The position numbers and the translations under genes were made by a program. A DNA stretch of 64,000 bases from Isurus oxyrinchus (taxonomy: Eukaryota). How positions within the stretch are numbered: the stretch's first letter is position 1; each line of letters opens with the position of its first letter. The stretch spans positions 23,250,001 through 23,314,000 of the forward strand of contig JANJGN010000013.1 in NCBI GenBank assembly GCA_026770705.1, written 5' to 3'. Of this stretch, positions 12,270-25,253 are shown in pieces. The notes under the pieces were generated by a model. That model was not told where the DNA came from and did no database searches. It saw only the letters and a list, made by a program, of their open reading frames with translations.

Positions 12270-14771
12270 GTCCAGACAGGAGTCAAACATTCACAGATAC
12301 AAGGTGAGGATGTCAGGACTGTCCTCACTGCACTTCATCGTCATCCTCCACGAATCTTGCGGCTATCAGGACATCACAAGCACACCTGCCTCGCCTGGCC
12401 AGCACAAAGGCCTCATCACCGGCATCTTCGCCTTCGAGGGCCTCAGCACCCTCATCCCCTCCGACGTCCTCCTCATCGGAGGAGATGTGTAGCGCTTCCA
12501 TCTCCTCCTCAGCCAGGCCTCCCCCCGTTGTATTGCCATGTTGTGGAGTGCGCAGCAAGTTTTAATGGTGCACGACACTCTCTGGGGACTGTATCGCAGT
12601 GCTCCACCAGACCTGTCAAAGCACTGGAACTTCATTTTCAATATTCCTGTCATTTGCTTCACCAAAGTCTGGGTCGCAGCATGAGCCTCGTTATAGCATC
12701 TCTCTGCTGCAGTCTGAGGCTGCCACACAGGTGTCATCAGCCATGTCCTCTGTGGGTAGCCATTGTCCCCGAGGAGCTACCCCTGCAGCCTCTGTGGGTC
12801 CTGGAAGGTGTCAGGGATCTGAGAGCTGCTGAGGATGTAGGAGTCATGGATGCTCCCTGGGAATCGTGTGCAGACCTTTAGGATGCATTTGTGGTCGCAG
12901 CTGAACATTCAGTGAGTGGAAGCCCTTGCAGGTGAAGTAGTTGACTGCTTGTTGCCATGGAGATCTAAGTGCCACATGAGTGCAGTCGAAGGCACCCTGA
13001 AGCTGTGGAAAACCTGAGATCTGCGCAAATCCCAACGGTCTTGCTTCTTGGCTTGCCTGAACTCGGTTGAAATGCACAAAATTCTGTGCCTTCATGAAGA
13101 TGCCGTCCATGACCTCCTGGGTGCACTTGTGTGTGGAAGCTTGCGGGATCCTGCACAAGTTACCTGTGGAGCCCTGGAAGGAGCCACAGGTGTAAAAATT
13201 GAGCGCCGCAATCACTTTCACAGCCACTGGCAGTGGATGCCCTCCATGTCGCTGTGCTGTCAAATGCTGCAGCAGGTGGAATATCTGACCGGCTAGTTCC
13301 CTAGACCTGTGCGGTCTTCGGTGACACTGGTTCTCAATCATCAGCAGGAATGACAAGTGCTATCTATGGGCCCTGGGTCTAGTGAGACACCCATGAGCGA
13401 TGGCTCACTGTGGATCTTCATCTGTGTGTGTAGGAGGCCCTGCCGCACCTTCATCTTGAGCATAGTTCTCCTCCCAATGATGAGCCAGGTGCCTCTGTTG
13501 CACTCTTCTCCTTTTATGCTCCCACGAGACATACTGTCAGATCACCAGGCTTTATGATCCTGATGTTCTCCTGCAAGATCAAAGAGAGAGATGCACGGGT
13601 TAACATATGTGTCCTAAGAACCTCTCTCGGTTAAGCCTCAAGGTCCCTTCACATATGCAGGAGAGTGCTGGCCACCACTTGGACAGCCAGTGTGTAGTGT
13701 GCTTCATGGCTACCCAAAACCCCACCCACCTCCGCCCCACTCCACTTGACTGATTGGCAGCAGCTTCGGCCACTGGACTGCATGCTGTGCGCTTAGCTTA
13801 GGTGCAGGCATTCTCCTAACCCACACTGCAAGGACGCGCTGTTAGCTTGAACTCTGAGGGATACTGGTCCAAACCTGAATAAAGACATTGCAAGGGGCTC
13901 TGAGCACCTCCACCAGTGACTGTGCCATGGCCATCTTTCGCATGGGATTCTACAACTTGCCCAGTCATCCAATTGTTCTGCAGCCCCATAAAATGCACAT
14001 TAATCTGCGGTCTGTGGCCGAGAAGTGAAAGGTTCTGGAGTGTTTGTTGGCACATTGATGCTTTTGCGTTGCTTGAGTGGGCAGAAAAGCTTCAGAGAAC
14101 CGACTCCAAGCAGGTCAATGGATCTGCTGCTGAACGGTCTCAGCTGCAGAAGAATGCTCACTTTTGACAAGCTTTTCCAAATATGTGCCTGCTTTCCTCA
14201 CTCTCTACTCCTTCCCCACACACCTACCCCTATGTATGTCCTTTCAGCTGTGCTACCCTGCTGTGCCACCCCCCACTCCGTCCCCAGCCTCACCCGCACT
14301 GGTGCCCTGGGCCTGGCACTGCTTTGAAAGCCTGCTGGAAAAAGCAACTTGCCTGTACCCCCACTGAATGCATGGCACCTCTTCCTTGATGCGCTACGGG
14401 TAATGTTCACAAGCTCAGGTGCAGGCTTGTGTGCACTCATGTCCGAGCTCCCATCAAGGTTCAGCTCACCAAGGGCACGCCTTTTAAAGGCAGTCGTAAA
14501 TCACGTTCGTCTGAAAACACGCTGATGTGGTTGGTAAGTTTAACGTTGGGGTATGATTCCAGTGTGCGTGTTCAACGATGAGATGCAAATACATTAAAAT
14601 TAAGTTCCCAACGTTGGACAATGAGAAATGCGGCCCGCCATTGAGGGATGGAGTGGACTGTCGCAAGCTGGTTTCATGATGGCATAAAACCGATATTTGG
14701 GCTTCTTGCCATATTGTCCGCTCACACCCACCATGATGCCTGCCACCAATGGGAGTGGAAAATTCTGGCCA
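12270..14771 (-). mobile_element. Partial PIF/Harbinger transposon: degenerate HARBI1-like DDE transposase and one TIR
   Basis: ORFs 12844-13356 (ALNFYTCGSFQG, GAFDCTHV, KGFHSLNVQ) and 12366-12737 (GILKMKFQCFDRSGGAL, CCALHN). Terminus GGAAAATTCTGGCC near 14770. No Myb arm. Confidence 0.88.
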
Positions 14772-15343
14772 GAGTCTCTGCTTCAGTCAGTAAGGGGGTG
14801 ATAGTTTTGTTGTCACCACCCTATTTGCATCTAGTAACAGGCTGGTATTGGAATGAATGTTGCATGGGAAATGGACTTATTACTGGTCATGTTAATTATT
14901 GGATGGTCCTTGATTTAGCTGGTGAGAGCACCCACTAGAAATGATTGGATCGGCGGGGGGACGTCTAATGAATAAATGGAAATCAGGGTCAAATGGTGCA
15001 GTCATGAGGAACAATGCCATTTTTCATTTTGTGCGTATTTATACTGCTAGTTCCTGATTCTGCCCACATGTCTATGTCAGTGGATGATTATTTCTAGAGA
15101 CATTAGCAGGGGTGGTCAGTTGCTCATCATATCAAACATTCAGTGAGTTTGGGGAGATATTTTGTATTACATTGTGATTATTTGCTATTAAGCCAATTTC
15201 AAAATGTTTATTGCTGCTATAAATTGTTCTGAACATTTACAGGATTTATCTTTTTTCTAAAAGGAGGCCATATAGATGGAGGCGAACTTACAGGAAACCT
15301 CAATCTTACAACAGAGTTTAGAGACCAGGCAGTTCTCTAAGGA

Positions 15344-17797
15344 GATAGTATAAGGGTGTTTGGGTTAGTAAGGGTTAATGTGGGACTGGGGAAACAATAC
15401 TGCCCACAATATGATGTAGAGAGTCACATGATGATAGACTGTGGTTGAAGGGAGTCTGAGAGAAGTCAGTATGCAGATAGCACCTAGACAGGGCTATACC
15501 TTGGAGAGATGTATGCAGTTGCATGTTAACAACAAATGGTTTATGTTCAACCACACAAGCCTCCAGACCTCTTAGTGAAACACCAAACAACTTTACAACA
15601 TGGTGGCAGCAGGTGAAGGACCCCAAAATTCCAGAGAATGAAAATATAAAGACACTACAGTCTGACCTGAGTGAAGTGTGCCTAAATCAAAGACACAGCT
15701 GGAGATTGACTAACAAAGCTCCATTACTGACATGGAGGCTGAAGAGAAGAAAAATCCACTGCTGAAAAGGACTCCACCAGAGCATGTGGAGGTCCATTGC
15801 CAAACCTGATCAAACACAGAGTTAAAGGACCTAGCCAGATCACAAATGTGTGAGCAAAATTCACTCAAAGGCTAATCTAACATTTTAAAAAATAATCAAG
15901 GCACTTATTAAGCAGAGCATAGTTTAATGTGCTCAGCTGGAAGAATGCTGCAGCCAGGTTTGGAGTTGGCTCCATAACCATGTGCTGGCCGAACTCAAAT
16001 GAATAAAAAAAAAAGTTAAAACAGAAGGCTGAGCAAAAAAAAAAACCTTCAAATCAATTTTCCAAGCTCAGAGAAGCAAATCACTGGCAAAACTGCTAGT
16101 TTGAAAGGTTTCCTGCAGAATCACAAAGTTTTAAAGACAGCTCTGAGATCACGATGGGAACCAAAACCCAACAAGTGCAGGAAGAAGAGAAAAAATGGTT
16201 ACTGTGGCTTCATCTTGAAAAAAATTAAAGACGTACTCCCCTCTTAGGAAAAAGAACCAAACAGCCATGGATAGTAAATTTAAAACTACTAGACCAAAAT
16301 GAACTCATGCAATGGATGAACCAAGCCCAAAATTGGGCATCATGGAGAAGAAAATATTTAGATTACAGGAATATATCAGGCTTAAGTAAGAAATCAGAGG
16401 AAGTGCAAGTTAATACATAATTGTGCTAATTTGGTGAAATTGTTGGCAGTGTAATCATAAGATGAGATATAGATGAATCCTCAACCAGATTTGGGGAAAT
16501 AGTAAAAGTCTTTGACAAGTATTTTAAACTCAAAGTTGACGTGAACACAGACTTTAAAAAAGATATAGAACACCATATCAATAAAGCACCAAAAGGACAA
16601 CGAGACCCCAGGGCAAAGGGGAGAATACCCAAACAAAACACAAGATGATTGCAGACCATGCCAGTACAATGAAGTGCATGAGCCGAAGAATTTAGTGCAG
16701 AGGAAAGAAGAGGCTGAGAAGCAAAAAATGCTGATGCAGTACCCAAACTGCAACAGCAGGTGGCAGTACAAAGTGAGCAGATGGCTGTGAATGAAGCAAA
16801 GTTATCTGATGTAACAAAACCTGCAGTAACAAAACCTGCAAAGAGAAAATTAAGCTATACCACAGGAAAATGTTTGTATCAAAGCTAAGTTGGAAGAACT
16901 CAACCAGAAGCACAGCCAGGCACAACAGTAGGCAGAAAAGTTACTCAAAGACATTGCTGCCCTGAAAAACACTTTGAAGAACCAATATGTGGCCCTGAAA
17001 AAACATGAGTTGAAGAAGATTTTAAATACTTTTACAGCTTGTAAAAGAACTGAAAATAAAAGAGTAAAGAAATATTTGGGTAAAATTGTGAAACAAACAG
17101 AAATGAAGGTTCCATTTTGGAAATGTCAACTTCCAGGAGGAACATGGAAGACTCCATGGAAAGAATAAACCTGAGTACACCTTAGGAATGAATGGAGTGT
17201 GGAGTGAACATTCCCTCCGGAAGGAACGGAATAAGCCCATAGTGTCCGATCAAAGAAGATGGATGGTCAACAAAGAAAAACTAATACTAAAAAAGCACAA
17301 GAAGCAAAGCAGATATTGAAACCCGAGTATTAACACCAAGCTCTACAATTTCAACTCTGAACCAACAAAGTCAGCCCGAAGCAAGTGAGACTACCAGTCC
17401 TTTGAATGGGGAGAGAATGAGATCTAGGAGAGAATTAAAGCCCTCCAGACCTTCTGAATTTGTAAAATCAGAGACTTGGGGGAGAAGGGGTAGCATGGAA
17501 ATATTATATTGCAAATAAATTTGGTTAAGGACTTGGAGGGGGGGGGGAGGTTGTAGTATAAGGGTGTTTGGGTTAGTAAAGGTTAATGTGAGGCTGGGAA
17601 AATTATGCCAGCCGTATTATGATGTAGAGAGTCACATGGTGGTAGACTGTAGGTAGACAGATTCTGAGAGAAGTCGGCTTGAAGGTAGCACCTTGACAGG
17701 GCTGTTCTTGGAGATATGTATATAGCTGTGTGTTAACAATAAATAGTTTGTTTAACCACACAAGCCTCCAGATCTCTTACCAAACAACCTTACAACA
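15344..17797 (+). mobile_element. Non-autonomous LTR retrotransposon
   Basis: Direct LTRs at 15344-15600 and 17552-17797, both ending ACAACA. PBS TGGTGGCAGC (tRNA-Leu-like) at 15601; G-rich PPT before 17552; near-TSD AAGGA/AAGAA. No RT motif in the interior. Confidence 0.85.
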
Positions 17798-18969
17798 AAG
17801 AACAGTGCACACAGAAGCTGTACTTCTCTAGACAGATTGTCACAAAGGCGTGTTGTCTCCTGTAACAAGAGTTGCAATCAACTGCCACAGCCAGCAGCGT
17901 TTCACTGGTGTAGTCAAAGTTGTTGCATTCCTCAGCTTCTTTGCTGTTGGCCTCTTCCAGGGTGTGACAAAAGATTACTTTGTATAATGTCATGTCTGTT
18001 GTATTTTAAAAATACTGGGGGAGAGACTTTCAACTGCCAGCCACCCAGTTCTTGAAAGATGGGCGAGTGGCAGATGAAACTCTGGTGTACTCGCTTGTCC
18101 ACCTGACACAACTTTCTGGCAGGCCGTTAAATCAGAATCCAAGACCCACACCCCGAACAGGCAGAAAGTTGCTAAAAGCCCGTGTGCCTGTTGTATGATG
18201 TCAATTGCAACATTCAAGGAGAAATGCTAACGGCAATCCCAAGCATTGAAAGGACTAGTTGGCAATGCTTAAAGGGGTCCTTGGGGGCCTTTAATGAAAG
18301 GTAACTACTGTTACAAAATGCCATACAAACATTTAATCATTTTAATGAATCTTTTAGTTAATGTGTTTTTGAGTTTAACTTTGAGGTCAGTTGTACAGCT
18401 ATTTGTGTTAGTTTCAGTAATTTCAGTTATAGAAATTTCATTGCATAATCAACCAGTTGACTTCAATATGAGTCTGTTTTATCGAAGGGAGAGGAACAGT
18501 AAAACCAAACTGAAAACAACATGGGTGAGAAATTGACTGCACCTCACCTGTAATGTGCATCCAAAGACATTGGCCCAAGTCTTGCTCCAAATTAGGTCTC
18601 AGGTCCGAACTATGTCTAAACTGAAATGGATTAATGCCAAGGAAAGCAAAACTTGATGCAAATAGGGACCACATGATTATTGTGCTCAGTTGGACCACTG
18701 TAGAAGAGCAGAATAATTGATGTGTGGAAGGAAAGGTAAGGATAGACTGATACCACCAAATCCCAATGCTAGCAAGTTTTCTACTGTTTGGAAGATATGA
18801 CAGGGCAGTTAGTTCTATGTGGGACAAGAACAAGTGAATAATAGCCAATATTAGGTTAATTTAACTGAAACTTGTAAGCCACCATCATGAGAGAAAGAAG
18901 AAAGAGCCTGCACACACCTGTGTGCCAGGTTAACCCCCAATTAATAATTCTTGTTTCTGATTGGTGCAG

Positions 18970-19117
18970 ATATGTTTTCATCATCCAAAAGGCATACCAA
19001 GAAAGAGAGAATGCTCCAGAGAGTTCTGTCATCACCAAGATGAAAGGAGTTGGAATTTCAAATTCCTCCATGGGAATTAAAATATGGGATGTTGCGGAAT
19101 ATGTCAATCCACCAGAG
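18970..19117 (+). CDS. P2RX2: P2RX2 coding exon 2
   Basis: cag/ [49 protein letters not shown] /gtgagg. Contains the ATP-binding KxK; phase matches exon 1. Confidence 0.95.
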
Positions 19118-19294
19118 GTGAGGACTGGAGGGTGCTCTTTCTGCTGAAGACACTGAGTCCTGCAGCAGTATGGGTGCCAATGACTCCTGAATTTTTTCAA
19201 GTGCCCCCTCTTCACAGGTCAGCTAGACACTTGGTACTAGAAGGATATTCAAATATTGAGAAAACTAAGGATAAGTAGAATACTGGCCTCAGTG

Positions 19295-19845
19295 GATGTG
19301 AATTTTCCAGCAGAGTCACTGGTCAGGAGCAGGAATCTGAGACAATTTTTTTTTCTGCCTAGGCACTGGGCCAAATTTAATGCCCTCCCCCGTGGCAGGT
19401 TTGGTGGCAGGAGGGCATTTAATCAGTTCGGAGGGTGGCAGAAAGACTTGTGGAAGGTCTTCCCACCCTACTGCCAATTGAGGCCCTTAAGCAGGCATTT
19501 AATGCCAATTTAGAGTCATCATCCCACCATCGCTGGTATTCACTCTGTGATGGACAGGGGAATTTGCATGTGGGAAGCCCAAAAAGCAAACTGTCTCAAA
19601 GGCACTCAGTGTGTGTTCAAGGCAGTTGGCATCAGGAAGAGGGAGCTGCTGAGAGCCAACCACTATCCTTGCTGCCGACCCTCCCATCATCACTCACCTG
19701 TGCCTAGGTCTATCGACGATCCTGGGCCTTGGTTAGGTGTAATGCCTAACTGGCACTTAATTTGTCAGGTTTCCCGAAAGTAGGCCTCTTGCTGGCTCTC
19801 CAGCTGATAGCTGAGACCCTCATCATCTCCATTAAATACTGCCCA
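19295..19845. mobile_element. Degenerate Harbinger-type MITE
   Basis: Ends resemble GGGCNGAATTTT / AAATACTGCCC; internal CCAATTGAGGCCCTTAAG motif resembles other MITEs here. Confidence 0.5.
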
Positions 19846-20164
19846 CTATGACCCAACTGTAGTTGCTCAACTGCAATTCCACCTTAGATCAGCTTTTACA
19901 TTTTGGGATTCTTTGATCATTTTTAATATAAAGGATTTGGATTAAAAAATGTACATTTAAAGAAAGAAATACTTGCATTTATACAGCGCTTTCCAAGACC
20001 TCAGAACATCCCAAAGGACTTTACAGCCAATTAAGCACTTTTATAGTCACTGTTTTAATGTAGTAGGCAAGTCAGCCAATTTAAAGGGTTGCACTTCAAA
20101 GCAAAACATGCAAGTTTGCAAAAAAAAAGCTAAAATGCTAAACAAATGAGTAGTTTCTCTTGTG

Positions 20165-20595
20165 CTATAAATTGCAACGCTTCAACACTCTCCAGGACAA
20201 AGCAACCCACATAATTTCCATCCCATCCACCATCTTGCACAGTGGCGGCAGCACATGCTATATGCAAGATGCACTAGCAGCAACTTGCCAAGCCTCCTTT
20301 GAAAGCATCTTCCAAACCTGTGACCTCTACCACCTAGAATGACAAGGACAGCAAACACATGGGAACACTGCCGCCTGCAAGTCTTCCTCCAAGCCACAAA
20401 CCATCCTAATTTGGAACTATGTCACTGCCCCCTCACTGGGCCAAAAACCTGGAACTCCCTCCCCAACAACACCATGGGTGTACCTACTGCAATGGTTCAA
20501 GAAGGCGGCACTCAGCCACTTTCTCAAGGGCAATCAGGGGATGGGCAACAATTACTGGCCTTGTCAGTGACACTCACTTCCCATGAAAGAATTTT
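20165..20595 (+). mobile_element. 3' end of the LINE family seen at 56458-59542
   Basis: Shares CAGGACAAAGCA...CAAGGGCAATCAGGGATGGGCAA...CCCATGAAAGAA with 59105-59540. Confidence 0.8.
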
Positions 20596-21422
20596 AAAAA
20601 TTAATTTGACTCGGAAATCAATGAACCCTTCATTCTTATTGTGTTCGTAGGTCGCTGTTTCCAGGTGCTTAGCAGAGATTGTCTAGCACATGTTCTGTTC
20701 TCTCCTTTTGAACAAAGGAACATAGGAGATAGGAACAGATATATAAAAGCAATCGGGTTTCAAAATAGGAAGCTGTGTGGGTGAGCTTTAACCAAGCTAG
20801 GACAAGAATATAGAAAGGTAGTTGGGAGTTACTTTGTTTAAGTCAAACAAAACAATCAATTGATTTTGGGAAGTGTAGTGAATGGATTATTTTATACTAT
20901 TACATGAAGACATTGCACAGATTGAACTAAGTGGCTTTGGTCACAGCTGCCACTCTGCACACTCAGTCCGGGCCCAATTTTAACCCATCCACTTGTGTAA
21001 AATTAAAATCAGGCCCAACTCCAACTGCAATAATCCTTCAGTACTGCATTAAAATGCCAGCCTGGATTGTATGCTCATGACTCCAGTGGGAGGGCAGCCA
21101 CCACTGTGCCAAGATTTACACCTATAGTTTGAAATTTTACAGGACTGTTTTTATACGCTGAGGTGTAAGGGAAGCTTCATGGCAACAGAGCACACACCAT
21201 CCACACAGCACCTCACACAAATCCAGTTTCTAAATCTTAATTTAACAGAGGGAAGTGGTTAGTGAATATTGCTTCCTCTATCCCTCACCTGTATAAAATG
21301 AATCCAGCTGCCTCCCACCTGTCCTGATGGAATACCTGTGACTTCCAAACTGCTCCCATGGAATCCTAATTCTTCCCAACTATCTTGAGCTAATGACTGG
21401 TTTCTCCCATCTTCCATTCTAG

Positions 21423-21494
21423 GGTCGAGATGTTTTCAGCATCACTGTCCGAACGATAACAACCCCATTACAAAGACTGCACACCTGTCCTGAG
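21423..21494 (+). CDS. P2RX2: P2RX2 coding exon 3
   Basis: tag/ GRDVFSITVRTITTPLQRLHTCPE /gtaagg; 72 nt, phase 0-0. Confidence 0.92.
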
Positions 21495-22278
21495 GTAAGG
21501 CTGAAGGTTTACTCGACTGACTTGTCCCAACATTCCCCGGTATGGTGGGCAGGGTGTCTGCTAGTTTCCCTTACCTCTGATGATAGAGCAGCCAGTAGTG
21601 CCCTGAAGAAAACAGTAGAGGTGTGGATGCATTTCCACTGCATTTGGACATAGATGTCTCGTAGGAAGGCTGAACCTCAGTCTCCACCTTACAAGGCAAA
21701 TGACAGGGGAGCAGAGCTGGACAGGGATTCTCTAAACTATAAGTTGCTGCTTCTCAGACTCCAGTGAAATCTAGTGTAGCAGTGAGTATCCTGACTGAGT
21801 GGAGTCATACAAAACTCTACAAGGGCCCCACCAGCAGATTCCAGGCCAAGTTTCCACGCTTCCAAATGTAATTTTTTTTAAAAAGCTTCAGAATGGTTCT
21901 TTGTTCAAGGTCTGAGTAGGACCAATGTTGAGGTCTAGTGGGGCATGGTCTGTATAAATCCCCCAAGAGATAGGCAAATGCCAGAGTTTGTAGTAGGCAT
22001 GGGCAGGTGGCCTCAGAGATCTGCCCAATGTGATGCGTACACATCTCTGATCCTTGAAAATGAAGAGTCCTCCCCCTGACCTGCAAATTCCACTCAGGTC
22101 ACCACTGGGGGCACTGTTGGGCCAAATCCCTGGATCACAAGAAGAGGAATGTCACTGCCATTGTTATGGGTTCTGTGCAGATTGGAGCAGCATTGACATA
22201 ATAGTGACAGGCCCTGACAGCCAGCACATACAAACTAACAACATGGCTTTCTGTTTCTTCGTGAGATGTAGAGTTATA

Positions 22279-22405
22279 GGCCGGAGTTTTCCAGCCTCCC
22301 TGTGGCGGGTTTCCCCACGGTGGATGCAACGGGCCATTCAAACTTGCATTCACTTCAGCGGGACCAGAAGACCCCGCCAGTGGGAGGGGCCGGAAAATCT
22401 CACCC
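22279..22405. mobile_element. 127-bp Harbinger-type MITE
   Basis: Imperfect TIRs GGCCGGAGTTTTCC / GGAAAATCTCACCC flanked by a 3-bp ATA duplication. Confidence 0.7.
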
Positions 22406-23529
22406 ATAGAAACATAGCACCGAAATGGATCATTTGGCCCATCAAAACTTCGTTGGTTTTCTCCATGTGAGCCATCTAATCTAATCCCACTCTCTAACTC
22501 GCTCGCCATAAATTTTAATGTTCCACTTCTTTAAAATCAACTATCCAATCTCTCTTTAAAATACTTTATATACTGTTTATCAACAGCTGTTTGTAGCGTT
22601 GTAACTGCCCTCTATCTACTTTATTTTTGTTTTCCCCATAAATTCTTTTTAGGATTATATAAAAATTTGCACAACCTCATTACCACCACAGACCAGTGGA
22701 AGTAACCAGTTCCATCATCACAAACTTTGAGACTCTTGAAGACCTCATCAGTATGCAAATTGCTCCTTGGGAGGGTCAGTATGGACACAATGGCCCAAAA
22801 AGGCCTCCTTCTGTGTTGTAATGATTCTGTTCTCACCCCTTTAGCTTAACTCTAGTGAAAAACATCCTAAATTCTCAGGCCTCTTGTTGTAATTATTACC
22901 CTTTATCCTTGGTAACATCCTACAAATCAAACCAATACCTTCCAATGACTTTTATATCCTTCCTATAATGAACACTCACACCTGTATTCAATACTCCAAT
23001 TCCAGATTAAGATCTACAGGACTGCTATAGAAAAGGCTGCTTCAGTCAGGTTGTGAAAAAATATCACCTCCTTATTTTGCATTCAGTGCTCTAAACGCAG
23101 TGCCAAGGATTTTACTTGCCCACAATTCAGCTAAGGGCTGCATAAATCACTTCAGACATGAGCGACACAGCTCCTTAGCATAATAATTAGTATATGGTGC
23201 CATTGAAGAGCAAATGACAAGTTTGTCCATATTCCTTGTGTGGTTAGTTCTCAGTCTAATTGGTTTTGATGAAGGATCTCAAATGTAACATTAACCTGTC
23301 TTTTCTTTTGTAGATGCTATAATTTACAACACTTTCAGTTTTTATTTGCCATTGCTCTTTATATATTTTCTTGTAATTGGATGTCATAGAATCCTAATTT
23401 AATAGAGTCAAACATTATTCCAAGAATTGCAATTTACTTGTGGTTTGTTGACATTTTAGCACTGAGTCCTCAATTTAAAAACTTTTTCTTCAATAAAAGG
23501 GCTTAATTCTCTATTAAATTCTTCCATAG

Positions 23530-23605
23530 AGTGCCAATGTTCCTGGATCTAAATGCACATCTGACTTAGATTGTGTGGCTGGAGAGATGGAATTGCTTGG
23601 AAATG
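23530..23605 (+). CDS. P2RX2: P2RX2 coding exon 4
   Basis: tag/ SANVPGSKCTSDLDCVAGEMELLGN(G) /gtacag; cysteine-rich head domain, 76 nt. Confidence 0.92.
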
Positions 23606-24087
23606 GTACAGTATGAACAGACAAGGCTGAGGAAGGGTTGGGTGGGGGTGCAAAGACACAGGTAATAGGAGGTGGAATGAGCTACACAATCATTATGTCA
23701 TTGAATATTATGGGTGGAAAACTTTTTTTTAGATTATTAGCTGTTCAATACAGGGTGGGGAAATAAGGCAAGGAGTCTGTCACATATTGCAAGCTTCAGG
23801 AGCTTTACCATTTAATGTTCTGACTGATATTAGCTGTTCATGTGGATTTGGGAACTGCCCTTCCTTAAGAATTGCTCTTTTATTCTGCAAAATGCTTGCA
23901 CTTCTCTCCCCTCTGGCATTATTCCCCTTCCCTTCAAATCTATGGTTATGCCCCTCTCTTAAAAAACACTTTTGACCCCTCAGGTCCTTGCAAATTACTT
24001 TGCAGTATCCAACTTCCCTTTCCTCCCAAAAGTCCTTTAATGTGTTGTTCCCTTCTAAATCAGCGCTCATCTTTCCCAGAACTCCAA

Positions 24088-24400
24088 GGCCAGAACTTGT
24101 AGGCCCGACCAAACCGAGCACAAAATGATGCGCGATATTTCAGTCGGCAGGCGCGTGCTGGAGTTGGCAGTGTGCTGGCCGACAATTAAAAGCCCTATTA
24201 AGGTCATTAAAGTTATAATTGAAAGAAATTTTTCGCTGCCTGTCCAACCTTATAGTTGACAGGCAGGCAAAAAGGCCAAGCAGCCTTTGCATTTTTTAGG
24301 AAACTGCTTCCACTGGCGGGATAACATTTCCAACAGCAAATAAAATAAAAACGTTAACATTTCACTTATAATATGTCCCTGCTCATGTGACAGAGTCCTG
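24088..24400 (+). mobile_element. Left half of a Harbinger-type MITE
   Basis: Shares GCCTGTCCAACCTTA and other blocks with 40179-40878 and 61769-62000; inserted in an L2-like fragment. Confidence 0.6.
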
Positions 24401-25159
24401 TAGTAGAGCAAGAATCAATTCCTGCAGGATGAAAAAAATTAGAAAAAGAAACAAAGGGAGTACCTCCCTCCCTTCCTCACCGAGCTCCCTTAGCTCCCTT
24501 GGCTTATCCCCTCCACTCCTCTTATGCCTCCACAATGCCAGGAGGGTGATGACTCCCTGCACTGCTCAACCGCATTTTTAACATTCTCCCCACAGCCTGT
24601 GAACATCTGTTGGCACCTGTGTGCCAAAAGCTGTGTGCCCCTCTCCGCTTCTCTACCTCTCCTCCTTTTAAGACATTCCTTAAAAAGTACTTCATTGACC
24701 AAGCTTTTGCTTAACTGCTCTAACATCTTATATGGCTCAGTGCCAAATTTAATTTGAAAATGCTTATGTGAGGTGATTTGAGGTGTCCAAGTACATTAAA
24801 GACTCTATATCAATGTAAGTTTTTGTTGTTGGACTTGACCAAAATTAACCTAGATTTTCAAAGTTTTCTATTTGGCGGCTGCTTGCAAATACTATCACAT
24901 TCCTGAAGACCCTCTGAAAATATAGATATTCTCCCAGAGACCCCTGTTCTGATATGTCAAAGATGATGTCAGCTATCCAAAAGAAAAGATTGCTTATAAA
25001 ACTGTTCAGTTTTAGATGAAAAGACCCGCCTCAATTCTTATGCTTCCTCTAATGATTTTATTTTAGCTAATGCGTTTGAATATATTGTCTTAATAAAAAA
25101 GGTTAATTTAAAAATTTGGATTGTGATTGACAATGTTAACAATGGCTTTCCCTGCACAG

Positions 25160-25253
25160 GATTGAAAACTGGGAGATGTGTAACTCATCATGATTTGATA
25201 AAGACATGCGAGGTCTACGCTTGGTGTCCAGTGGAGAATGGACTATCTCAGAG
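25160..25253 (+). CDS. P2RX2: P2RX2 coding exon 5
   Basis: cag/ (G)LKTGRCVTHHDLIKTCEVYAWCPVENGLSQ /gtacca; contains the TCEVxxWCP P2X signature. Confidence 0.94.

Noticed and set aside
13800-14450. Possible third ORF in the partial Harbinger
   Set aside because: Only short overlapping ORFs without a recognisable motif; cannot be supported without a consensus.
21576-21620. CTGATGA as another hammerhead
   Set aside because: No stem II or properly placed GAAA box follows.
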